A stretch of DNA of 32,000 nucleotides from NCBI RefSeq assembly GCF_900289195.1, contig NZ_OMOH01000002.1, positions 31,206 to 63,205 of the forward strand. The letters run 5' to 3'. Below are positions 1-8,060 of this stretch, piece after piece. Within the stretch, counting starts at the first letter, position 1; every line of letters begins with the position of its first letter. Origin of the DNA: Propionibacterium ruminifibrarum (GTDB lineage: Bacteria; Actinomycetota; Actinomycetes; Propionibacteriales; Propionibacteriaceae). Made by a program: the position numbers and the translations under genes. The notes beneath the pieces were generated by a model. It was given only the letters and a program-made list of their open reading frames with translations, was not told where the DNA came from and ran no database searches.

Positions 1-2
1 TG

Positions 3-695
3 AGTCAGGACCCCCGCGCCCTCACCCAGCCGGCCGTGAGCAGGCTGCTCGCGCGGTTCCGCTCGCGGGGACTCAGTGAACTCTCGGTTCGTCGTTACCG
101 CGCCAGCCTGTCGTCGTTCTTCAGCTGGCTGCGGGCTCAGGGAGTCATCGACGACTCCCCCATGCCCCAGCAGCCGACGCGCCAGCCGGTCAAGCAGGCC
201 ACCTCCGCGATGCCGTTCACGGCGCCCGAGTTGCACGCCGCGTTCCGGCTGTGGCAGGCAAGGGATCGCCGGCTGGCACTGGTCATGCTCGTCCTGGCCC
301 ACACCGGCCTGCGCTGGGCCGAGGCTCGCGCCCTGCTCGTCTCGGACGTGCACCTGCGCGAGGGCTGTCTGGTCGTCCGCCGGTCCATGCCCGAGGGCGT
401 GAGCACTCGGGAGTTCGGTCCCGAGCTGATCCGCCGCGTGCCGCTGTCGAAGTGCGCGACTCGTGCGCTGGCCGAGCTCGTTGCCGGCTCCCGCCCGGAC
501 CAGCTGGCCATGACCACCGACCGCGGCTGCCAGCTGCACCGCACCTCGGTGCTTCGCGCGCTCGACTGGCCGCACACCGGGCAGGGCCGCCGCCTCGTCG
601 ACCTGCGCCACACCGCCGCACAGCTGTGGCTCGATTGCGGCCACTCCCCCGCTCAGGTCCGCACCTGGATGGGGCACAGCCTCATCACCGGGTAA
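3..695 (+). pseudogene. Tyrosine recombinase (phage integrase family) remnant. The frame is open to the left window edge. The ORF stops 4 aa after the GHS motif, before the catalytic Tyr.
   Basis: Core-binding-like segment LSELSVRRYRASLSSFFSWLRAQGVI. Catalytic-domain motifs HTGLRWAEARAL (Arg), DLRHTAAQ (H-x-x-R) and WMGHS, followed by LITG-stop. None of the three frames contains a Tyr in the 45 nt before the convergent MFS gene. Confidence 0.6.
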
Positions 696-740
696 TCGCC
701 TCGGCACGGGTGCCGGCGCGCCGAGCGGGTCGGCGCCCGG

Positions 741-2090
741 TCACTCGATCATGTCCTGGCTCTTGAGTTCGGGCAGGAACAGGGCGGAGACGGCCGCGAT
801 GACGAAGCTCACCGCGAAGACGGTGAAGACGAGGGCGTACCCGCCGCGCAGGATGAGCGGCACGACGAGCGGGGCGATGATACCGGCCACCCGCCCCACG
901 GCAGAGGCCGCGCCGGTGCCCGCCCCGCGCAGGGCAGTCGGGTAGATCTCGGGTCCGATCGCGTACAACGCCCCCCACGCCCCCAGGTTGAAGAAGCTGA
1001 GCGCACAACCGGCGATCATGATGCCCGCCGCACCGGATTGCAGGCCGAACACCATTGCCGAGACCCCCGAGGCCAACAGGAAGCTCGCCAGCGTCGGACG
1101 CCTGCCCCAGCGCTCGATCAGCCAGGAGGCGACCGCATAGCCAGGAAGCTGGGCCAGGGTGATGACCAGCGTGTACCCCATGGAGTGCACCAGCGAGTGC
1201 CCCTGACGGTAGAGCAGGGTCGGCATCCAGGTGAAGGCACCGTAGTAACTCAGGTTGACGAAGAACCAGACCAGCCACAGGGCGGTCGTCGAACGGCGGT
1301 GCGCCGGGGCGAACAGGGAGCGGGTGCCCCTCCCCTTCGGCGACGCGCTCAGCGGCGTGGCGGAGACCGCCGTCGCCTCGTCGACCTCGGGTTCGACACC
1401 GGCCGATCGTTCGAAGACACGGACGGAGGCCTCCGCCTGCTCAAGACGCCCGGCCGACTCGAGGAAACGGACCGATTCGGGTAGGCCGTGCCGGACGACG
1501 AGTGCGTAGACGGTCGGGACGATGCCCACCAGCAGGGCCCACCGCCAGCCGGGCCACCCGCCAATGGTCCGGGGAACGAGGAAGTACCCGAGCAGGGCGG
1601 CGAGGATCCACCCCAGGGCCCAGAAGCTCTCCAGCCAGACGACCATGCGCCCTCTGATGCGTTGCGGTGCGAACTCGCTGACGAGCGTCGAGGCGACGGG
1701 CAGCTCGGCCCCCAACCCGAGGCCCACGATCAGCCGCAGGCAGATGAGCATGGCCACACCCGTGGAGAAGGCGGCCGCGCCAGTGGCGATGCCGTAGACG
1801 AGCAGTGTCAGGGCGAAGACGTTCCGTCGGCCCAGCCGGTCGGCGAGCAGGCCGCCGACCGATGCGCCGATCATCATGCCGACGAAACCGATCGAGCCGA
1901 TCCAGCTGAGCTGCCCGTTCGAGAGCCCCCACTGGGCCGCCAGTGCCGTCATGACGTAGCTGATGAGGCCAACGTCCATGGCATCGAGCGCCCAGCCGAC
2001 ACCGGAACCGACGAGCAGCTTTCCGTGCTCGGACGAGAAGGGCAGTCTGTTGAGGCGCTCGGCCCGTGTTGGTAGTTCTCCGGCCGTCAT
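741..2090 (-). CDS. MFS transporter (metabolite:H+ symporter-like), substrate unknown
   Basis: 449-aa ORF with roughly 12 hydrophobic segments. MFS loop motif GGLLADRLGRRN after TM2. N-terminal LNRLPFSSEHGKLL...DAMDVGLISYV is typical of the sugar-porter/MHS-like subgroup. Confidence 0.85.
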   Translation of the reverse strand: MTAGELPTRAERLNRLPFSSEHGKLLVGSGVGWALDAMDVGLISYVMTALAAQWGLSNGQLSWIGSIGFVGMMIGASVGGLLADRLGRRNVFALTLLVYGIATGAAAFSTGVAMLICLRLIVGLGLGAELPVASTLVSEFAPQRIRGRMVVWLESFWALGWILAALLGYFLVPRTIGGWPGWRWALLVGIVPTVYALVVRHGLPESVRFLESAGRLEQAEASVRVFERSAGVEPEVDEATAVSATPLSASPKGRGTRSLFAPAHRRSTTALWLVWFFVNLSYYGAFTWMPTLLYRQGHSLVHSMGYTLVITLAQLPGYAVASWLIERWGRRPTLASFLLASGVSAMVFGLQSGAAGIMIAGCALSFFNLGAWGALYAIGPEIYPTALRGAGTGAASAVGRVAGIIAPLVVPLILRGGYALVFTVFAVSFVIAAVSALFLPELKSQDMIE

Positions 2091-2228
2091 GATGACTCCT
2101 CCATGTCGCAGAGTCGGATCACCGAGGTTTTCGATACTTAGACGATAACACTCCTGTCGGTCATCCGGTCATCACGATCCCAAGTTTTTGACTTGCCATC
2201 GCAAACATGGTCTCAGCGGACGCACGAA

Positions 2229-2255
2229 GCCCGTCCCCAGCAGCTGGGGACGGGC
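2229..2255 (-). terminator. GC-rich palindromic hairpin about 50 nt downstream of the eutH stop
   Basis: gcccgtccccagc-a-gctggggacgggc forms perfect 12-13 bp arms. Only UU follows on the transcribed strand, so there is no real U-tract. Confidence 0.45.
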
Positions 2256-2303
2256 GATCCGCACCAGGGTCGGGGCATCAGCCCCGGCGGATGGGCGTCG
2301 TGG

Positions 2304-3452
2304 TCAGTCGCTAGCCCTGGCCGCGGCGGTCCCCTCCTGCTCGGCGCCCTGGTTCTTGTGCGCCGTGGGCAGGGTCTTGCCGAAGAGGAGCAGGACCAGG
2401 GCGATGGCGGTGACGCCGCCGACTGCCTTGCCGATGATGACCGGGACGATCATCGTGCGCTCGGCGCCGGCGACGAAGCCCAGGTGGTCGCCGAACATGA
2501 AGGCCGCGCTCACTGCGAAGGCCGCATTGACGACCTTGCCGCGGGGATCCATGTCCTTGAAGATCTGGAACATCGGGATGTTGTTGGCCAAGGTGGCGAT
2601 GAAACCACCGGCTGCCGACTCGTTGATCCCGATGAGCCGGCCGACCCTGCCGAGCGGTTTGCCGAGCAGCCTGATGATCAGGTGCACGGCGGGGAAGGCG
2701 CCCATCAGCATCATGGCGATCGAGGCCACGATGGAGAAGCCCTCGGTGACCGGGGTGAGCTCCCAGCCCTCCGGCATGATCGCGACCCCGGTCATGAACT
2801 CGAAGACACCGATGGCCAGGCCGACGGTGATGACGATGACGAGGATCCTGCCGAAGATCTCGAATCCCCTGGTCATCTTGTCGGGGAAGCGCCACAGACC
2901 CAGGGCGATGAGGAGGGCGAAGATGATGATCGGCACCAGGTTGCGCAGGATCATGACCGGGCTGTAACCCGCCACGAGACCGCCGACGAAGACGCCGACC
3001 GGGACGGTGACGACACCGGCGAGGATGCCCTTGGACAGATAGCCGCGGTCCTCCTTCTCGATGATGCCGAGGGCGACGGGGATCGTGAAGACGATCGTCG
3101 CGCCCATCATCGAGCCGAGGATGAGACCAGACAGCTCGGCCGCCTCCGGTGTGGCGGACATCTCCTGCGCCAGCGGCCAGCCGCCCATGTCGATGGCGAG
3201 CAGCGTCCCCGCGAACATGCCGGGGTCCGCCCCGAACAGCTGGAAGACGGGGTTGATCACCGGGTTCAGGATCTTCGCCAGGTCAGGCGCCAGGCACACG
3301 ATGCCGACCATCGAGATCGACAACGGGCCCATTGCATTGAGGCCCTCCTCGAACTGCTCGCCGAGGCCGAACTTGTTGCCGATCATCCGGTCGATCGCAC
3401 CAAGCAGCATGCAGATCATCAAGATCCACACGATGACTTCATTGGCGTCCAT
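2304..3452 (-). CDS. eutH: Ethanolamine permease/facilitator EutH
   Basis: Collinear similarity to enterobacterial EutH as I recall it: N-terminus ...IDRMIGNKFGLGEQFEEGLNAMG, MFAGTLLAIDMGG, LILGSMMGATIVFTIPVALGIIE, ATLANNIPMF, FAVSAAFMFGDHLGF. GAGGAG lies 10 nt upstream of the ATG. Confidence 0.93.
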   Translation of the reverse strand: MDANEVIVWILMICMLLGAIDRMIGNKFGLGEQFEEGLNAMGPLSISMVGIVCLAPDLAKILNPVINPVFQLFGADPGMFAGTLLAIDMGGWPLAQEMSATPEAAELSGLILGSMMGATIVFTIPVALGIIEKEDRGYLSKGILAGVVTVPVGVFVGGLVAGYSPVMILRNLVPIIIFALLIALGLWRFPDKMTRGFEIFGRILVIVITVGLAIGVFEFMTGVAIMPEGWELTPVTEGFSIVASIAMMLMGAFPAVHLIIRLLGKPLGRVGRLIGINESAAGGFIATLANNIPMFQIFKDMDPRGKVVNAAFAVSAAFMFGDHLGFVAGAERTMIVPVIIGKAVGGVTAIALVLLLFGKTLPTAHKNQGAEQEGTAAARASD

Positions 3453-3651
3453 GGGTCATCCACTCCTCACATCATTCTGTGTCGCGATGGGAATCAGGTC
3501 TGCCGGGTTGTGGTCCGAACGAGGCGCAGCCACGTCGGGGCTGTCCCGGCCGACAGGTCCGGGATCATTCGAATGCGTCCGCCGGCACCGGCGGACGGGG
3601 CTCACGCGGAGGCCCCCGCCCGGGCCCCTGGGCCCGGGTCGGCGCCGATCG

Positions 3652-4302
3652 TCACCGGCCCTCCGCCCAGTTGGAGGGGAAGGTGACGTAGACGAACTTG
3701 GCCCAGGAAGGAGTGCCGAAGGTGATGGCGGAGCCCTTGGGCACGTAGAGGACGTCACCGGCACGGCCCACCCGCACGCCAGAATCGGTCCCGATGTGCA
3801 ACTCCCCCTCGAGCACGACCTGCACCTCGTCGTAGGTGAGGGTCCAGGGGAAGGTACCTGCGGTGAGAGTCAGGTAGCCCGCTGCGAGTGGACCGTCCTC
3901 ACTGGTGACCACGTCGACGGCCTGGACCTGCTGGTCCGGGCCCGGGCCGGCGAACGGGAAGTCCTCGAGGACGGCCTCGGACTGCCGGCACAGCTTGACC
4001 TGCCCGGCACGCCCCTCGCCATTGGCGGTGTCGCCGCCGTCCTTCGCGAGAACGGAGGCGATGACGGACCGGACGATATTCGTCAACGCGTCACCGTCCG
4101 GGGACGGGCCCTGGACCGCCGGGGCGGGGGCGGCGGGAGGCGCCGCCCGCTGCTCGCCCGCCCGCTCGATCCTGATGCCCCTGGCGGTCGCCTCCTCGGC
4201 CGCCAGGGGCGTGACGAGGTCCCGCTCTCCGATGACGAGACGTCCGTCACGGGCGTCCTCGAGGTTCCTCACGGCAATGACGTGACGACTCATCTCAACC
4301 AC
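3652..4302 (-). CDS. eutQ: EutQ (cupin-domain ethanolamine utilization protein)
   Basis: C-terminal cupin LAAGYLTLTAGTFPWTLTYDEVQVVLEGELHI...GDVLYVPKGSAITFGTPSWAKFVYVTFPSNW aligns with Salmonella EutQ. A P/A linker and the helix ALTNIVRSVIASVLAK sit at the position equivalent to the Salmonella EutQ helix. Confidence 0.9.
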   Translation of the reverse strand: MVEMSRHVIAVRNLEDARDGRLVIGERDLVTPLAAEEATARGIRIERAGEQRAAPPAAPAPAVQGPSPDGDALTNIVRSVIASVLAKDGGDTANGEGRAGQVKLCRQSEAVLEDFPFAGPGPDQQVQAVDVVTSEDGPLAAGYLTLTAGTFPWTLTYDEVQVVLEGELHIGTDSGVRVGRAGDVLYVPKGSAITFGTPSWAKFVYVTFPSNWAEGR

Positions 4303-4342
4303 TCCGATCGCTCACTGGCCGGGGACAGGGCCGTTCGTGGGA

Positions 4343-4924
4343 CTACTGGGCGTTCGCCTCGCCGACGTGCGGGAGGATCAGCTCGACGTCGGTGTGCGGA
4401 CGCGGGATCACGTGAACCGAGACGAGCTCGCCCACTCGGCCCGCCGCTGCGGCGCCGGCATCCGTGGCGGCCTTGACGGCTCCGACGTCGCCGCGGACCA
4501 TGACGGTCACGTAGCCCGCACCGATCCGTTCCTTGCCGATGAGACGCACGTTCGCGGCCTTGACCATGGCGTCGGCCGCCTCAATCGCTCCGATCAGTCC
4601 CTTAGTCTCGACCATGCCGAGCGCGGTCATCTGGAAATCAGCCATTGTGGTACTCCTTCGGATGTGTTTCCCGGGACGATCCGCCGTCCCCGGGGTCTGC
4701 TCTGTTTCGGTTTCGTCCTGCGCTGCCGGCGGGCGCCCTCCGGCCGGAGGAGCGTCCGTCGTCTGGGACCCGGGGCCCTGCCCCGAGGTCTTCTCGACCG
4801 GGGCGGCTCCTGAACCGCCCGCGGTCATGTCCTCACCGGACTTCTTGCGTGTCCTGGGCCGCTTGGGCCCGTCCGTCACCTGGTCGGTGGAAGCCGCGGG
4901 CGGTGACTGGGAATCAGTGGTCAT
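4343..4924 (-). CDS. eutM: BMC-H hexamer shell protein (EutM/PduA-like). The canonical ~100-aa core starts at the ATG at 4645. The in-frame upstream ORF would add a 93-aa disordered N-terminal extension.
   Basis: Core sequence [64 protein letters not shown]...[14 protein letters not shown] lies 8 nt before the ATG at 4645. GGGAGG lies 10 nt before the ATG at 4924. The extension has roughly 75% G/C at codon position 3, counted by hand. Confidence 0.75.
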   Translation of the reverse strand: MTTDSQSPPAASTDQVTDGPKRPRTRKKSGEDMTAGGSGAAPVEKTSGQGPGSQTTDAPPAGGRPPAAQDETETEQTPGTADRPGKHIRRSTTMADFQMTALGMVETKGLIGAIEAADAMVKAANVRLIGKERIGAGYVTVMVRGDVGAVKAATDAGAAAAGRVGELVSVHVIPRPHTDVELILPHVGEANAQ

Positions 4925-4940
4925 CAGTCCTGGACCTCCC

Positions 4941-6422
4941 CTACTGGCGTGTCAGTTCCCTGAGCACCCGGGACACGATGTCGTCGATCGAGGACGCGTC
5001 GAGCCCCACGGCCGGGTTCGGGCGAGCACCGTTGATCACACCGCCGTAGGCCCTCGCGGCGGCGGGTGCGTCGTTGAGGTGGTAGGCGATCCGTTTGATG
5101 TTGAACAGGTGCTCGACCGAGACGTTGTCGCTGATCACCGCGCCGCCGACACCCCCGGGCGCGAGGGTGAAGGAAGGAGTGAGTCCGGTGGTGAAGCCGA
5201 CCGCGCCGAGCGAACCCCACGTGTTGACCATCATGCGGAAGGCGGGCTTCTGAAGGGCGAAGGCCATGACGACCTCCTCGTCCGCGGCGTGCACCGAGAC
5301 GCTGTGGCCGGCACCGTACTTCAGCAGCTCGAAGGCCTTCTCGCAGCCCTCGCGCCAGCCGTCGACCGTGGTGAAGCCGAGCAGCGTGGTCAGCTTCTCC
5401 TGCGAGATCGGGTGCTGCGGGCCGATCTCGGTGAGCGGCGCCACCAGGATGCGCGCATCGGGGGGAACCTCGATCCCGACCTGGTCGGCGATCTGCTGGG
5501 GGGTGCGCCCGACGAACTTGGCGTGCATGAGGCCGTTGGGGCGGAACATGCCGGCCGTGACGGCCCTGGCCTGGTCGGCGCTCAGCCAGTGGGCGCCGGC
5601 CGCCTCCATGCAGGACTTGAGTTCCTCGGCGATCGGTGCGTCGGCCAGCACCGACTGTTCCGTTGCGCAGATCGTCGAGCAGTCGAAGGACTTCGACTCG
5701 ACGATCATCTCCGCCGCCCGCTTCACGTCGGCGCTGCGGTCGACGTAGCACGGGTTGTTGCCCGGCCCCACGCCGATGGCGGGTTTGCCGCAACTGTGCG
5801 CCGCGGTGACCATGCCCGGACCGCCCGTCGCGAGGATGAGCGAGACCGTCGGGTGGCGCATGAGCTCGTTCGTGCCGGCCAGACTGACCTCGGTCATGCA
5901 GCCCACCAGGCCGTGCGGCATGCCGGCGGCCTCGCCGGCCTCGACCATGACGCGCACCGCCTCCGACGTGCTCTTGATGGCGGTGGGATGAGGCGCGATG
6001 ACGACGCCGTCGCGTGCCTTCACACTGATGAGGATCTTGAAGATGGCCGTCGAGGTCGGATTCGTCGAGGGGGCGAGTGCGGCGATCACGCCCACCGGGT
6101 AGCCCACCTCGATGATCCGCTTGGCGGTGTCGTGGCGCAGGACGCCGCAGGTCTGGACGTCCTTGATGGCGTCCCAGCAGCCCTGCGCGGCGAACTCGTT
6201 CTTGAGCCGCTTGTGCTCGGCGAAACCGAATCCCGTCTCGTCGTGGGCCAGCTGTCCCAGGCGGGCGGCGTTCGCCATCGCCGCGTCGACCATGGCCTGG
6301 CAGATCCGGTCCACGTCGGCCTGCTCGGCGTACTGGAACGAGCGCATGGCCTCCTTCGAGGCCGTCACCAGGTCGCGCGCCTGCTGGATGGACACCAGGT
6401 CGGCGTCGAAGTGCCCTGTCAT
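4941..6422 (-). CDS. eutE: CoA-acylating (acetylating) aldehyde dehydrogenase, EutE-like
   Basis: 493 aa. ALDH fold starts at about residue 8 ([22 protein letters not shown]). Catalytic-Cys region is [12 protein letters not shown]. Sits between eutL and the eutM-like gene. Has a ~45-aa C-terminal tail ending in an amphipathic helix. Confidence 0.9.
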   Translation of the reverse strand: MTGHFDADLVSIQQARDLVTASKEAMRSFQYAEQADVDRICQAMVDAAMANAARLGQLAHDETGFGFAEHKRLKNEFAAQGCWDAIKDVQTCGVLRHDTAKRIIEVGYPVGVIAALAPSTNPTSTAIFKILISVKARDGVVIAPHPTAIKSTSEAVRVMVEAGEAAGMPHGLVGCMTEVSLAGTNELMRHPTVSLILATGGPGMVTAAHSCGKPAIGVGPGNNPCYVDRSADVKRAAEMIVESKSFDCSTICATEQSVLADAPIAEELKSCMEAAGAHWLSADQARAVTAGMFRPNGLMHAKFVGRTPQQIADQVGIEVPPDARILVAPLTEIGPQHPISQEKLTTLLGFTTVDGWREGCEKAFELLKYGAGHSVSVHAADEEVVMAFALQKPAFRMMVNTWGSLGAVGFTTGLTPSFTLAPGGVGGAVISDNVSVEHLFNIKRIAYHLNDAPAAARAYGGVINGARPNPAVGLDASSIDDIVSRVLRELTRQ

Positions 6423-6446
6423 GTCGTCTCCCTTCTTCCGGACGCC

Positions 6447-7103
6447 TCAGTACTGCCTGGGGTTGGCGGCGACCTCGAGGACACCCTGCTGGAAGGCCGA
6501 GCAGGCCGCCTGGCAGGCGCTCTGGGAACCGCTGAGCAGACCACCGGAGAAGTTGGTCTCGGACGGCGGCTCGTACCAGACCCTCATCTCGACCTCGGCC
6601 GCCTTCATCGCGAGGTCGAGGGCATAGGTGGCCTCCAGCGGAGGAGCGATGAGATAGGCCAGGGACTGGCCCTGCGGGATGCCGGCCTGAGCGCTCAGAT
6701 AGGAGCCGGTGCTCGAGATCAGGTGCGGGAAGAAGGTGAGGTCCCCGGCCTCGTCGGCCGTGTAGAACCAGGCCTCCTGCTCCGCGTAGGAGACGCACGC
6801 ATCCAGGCCCGCGCGAGCCTCGGCCGGGTTCGGCGCCGCGAGGATACCGAGGATCTCACCGGACAGCGGTCCCGAGGGGTAGCCCGAGCCGGCGTAGAAA
6901 CTCTTCGCGTAGACGACCTCGACCTCGGCGAACTTGGTCGCCTCGTCCAGCGCCGTGTACAGGGCGTCGTCGATGTCGCAGGTGACGAAGGCGATGGAAC
7001 GCTGATCGGGCCGCAGGTTCAGTTTCTCGGCGAAACCACGGTCGACGCTGGCGATGACCTTCGTCGCCAGAATATTCGGTTTGACGGGATCAAGAATTGC
7101 CAT
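6447..7103 (-). CDS. eutL: BMC-T tandem-domain shell protein EutL
   Basis: Full-length collinear match to E. coli EutL as recalled: VIASV...F, DEATK..VEVVY, NPAE.RAGLDA, STGSYLS..AGI, YL.APPLEATY, PPSETN, SGSQ.AC.AAC.AF. Confidence 0.95.
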   Translation of the reverse strand: MAILDPVKPNILATKVIASVDRGFAEKLNLRPDQRSIAFVTCDIDDALYTALDEATKFAEVEVVYAKSFYAGSGYPSGPLSGEILGILAAPNPAEARAGLDACVSYAEQEAWFYTADEAGDLTFFPHLISSTGSYLSAQAGIPQGQSLAYLIAPPLEATYALDLAMKAAEVEMRVWYEPPSETNFSGGLLSGSQSACQAACSAFQQGVLEVAANPRQY

Positions 7104-7124
7104 GATGAGGACTCTCCTGGGGAC

Positions 7125-8060
7125 TCATTCGCCGGAACTGTTGAGGATTTCACGCAGCTTGATGCCGCTCGCCGAGTACTTGATCATGCGCTTGACGTAA
7201 TCGACGATGTAGGCGCCGGCCTCGAGGGGATTCGTCCCGCCGTGCACCGTGATCATGCAGATGAGGTCGCGGTCGGCATCGCTCTTGCCCTGCTCCGGAT
7301 CGAAACCCATGTAAGCGCTCATGGCATCGGCGATACCGAGCCCCGGACGTTCCCCGAGCAGCAGCACGATGACCTTCGCATGGATGATCGAGTTGATGTC
7401 GTTCATGATGCCGACACGGCAGTTCTCGACGAAGAAGGGCGTGCCGGTGCTCAGCCCGGCAGCCGCCAGGCCCTTGGCGATGACCGGGTAGATGTTGGGC
7501 AGGTTGTTCGTCACCGCGGCGGCCGACAGGCCGTCGCCGACGACGATCTGGACGTCGGGATTCTTGACGCACATCTCGTCGACGATCCTGCGGCCCTCAT
7601 CGCTGAGCCGGCGGCCGAGATCGGGACGCAGCAGGTAGACCTCGCGATCGGCGGCGGCCGACTGCACGGTGAACAGGTCGAACTGCTCCTTGGTCTCCTC
7701 GCCGACGACACCGTAGATCGCGTCCTGCGTCACACCGTGGTCCGCCTGGAAGAGCAGGAGGGTCTCGGTTCGCGGCCGTGCCCCGGCCCGTCCCACGCAG
7801 ATACGGGCACTGGTCGAGGCGATCAGGTTGCGGGCGCCCTCGGGATCGGCCGGGTTCTCGATCCCGCAGCGGGTACGCATCTGCGGCGTGGTCGGGTCCG
7901 GCAGGTCGATGACGAGATCGGAGTCGGACGTCCCGGGCTGCTGCGCCAGGGCGACCCCGCCGGAGTCAGTGACATCATTCCCGGCCTCCAGGCGCCGCAG
8001 CTCCGCAACGATCCTGGCGACGATTTCTTCCACGTTGTCCATGTCGTTCACCACCCTCAT
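7125..8060 (-). CDS. eutC: Ethanolamine ammonia-lyase small subunit EutC
   Basis: The ATG at 8060 overlaps the eutB stop (ATGA). An alternative ATG is at 8042. N-terminal helix MDNVEEIVARIVAELRRL resembles the known EutC targeting peptide. The C-terminal region is typical of EutC (RPDLGRRL, GDGLSA, LLGERPGLG). Confidence 0.9.
   Translation of the reverse strand: MRVVNDMDNVEEIVARIVAELRRLEAGNDVTDSGGVALAQQPGTSDSDLVIDLPDPTTPQMRTRCGIENPADPEGARNLIASTSARICVGRAGARPRTETLLLFQADHGVTQDAIYGVVGEETKEQFDLFTVQSAAADREVYLLRPDLGRRLSDEGRRIVDEMCVKNPDVQIVVGDGLSAAAVTNNLPNIYPVIAKGLAAAGLSTGTPFFVENCRVGIMNDINSIIHAKVIVLLLGERPGLGIADAMSAYMGFDPEQGKSDADRDLICMITVHGGTNPLEAGAYIVDYVKRMIKYSASGIKLREILNSSGE

Noticed and set aside
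76-766. Overlapping alternative-frame ORFs across the integrase remnant (76-402, 251-766, and the minus-strand ORFs at 137-613 and 283-621)
   Set aside because: These are Arg/Pro/Ala-rich translations without motifs. The 36-695 frame alone carries recombinase signatures.
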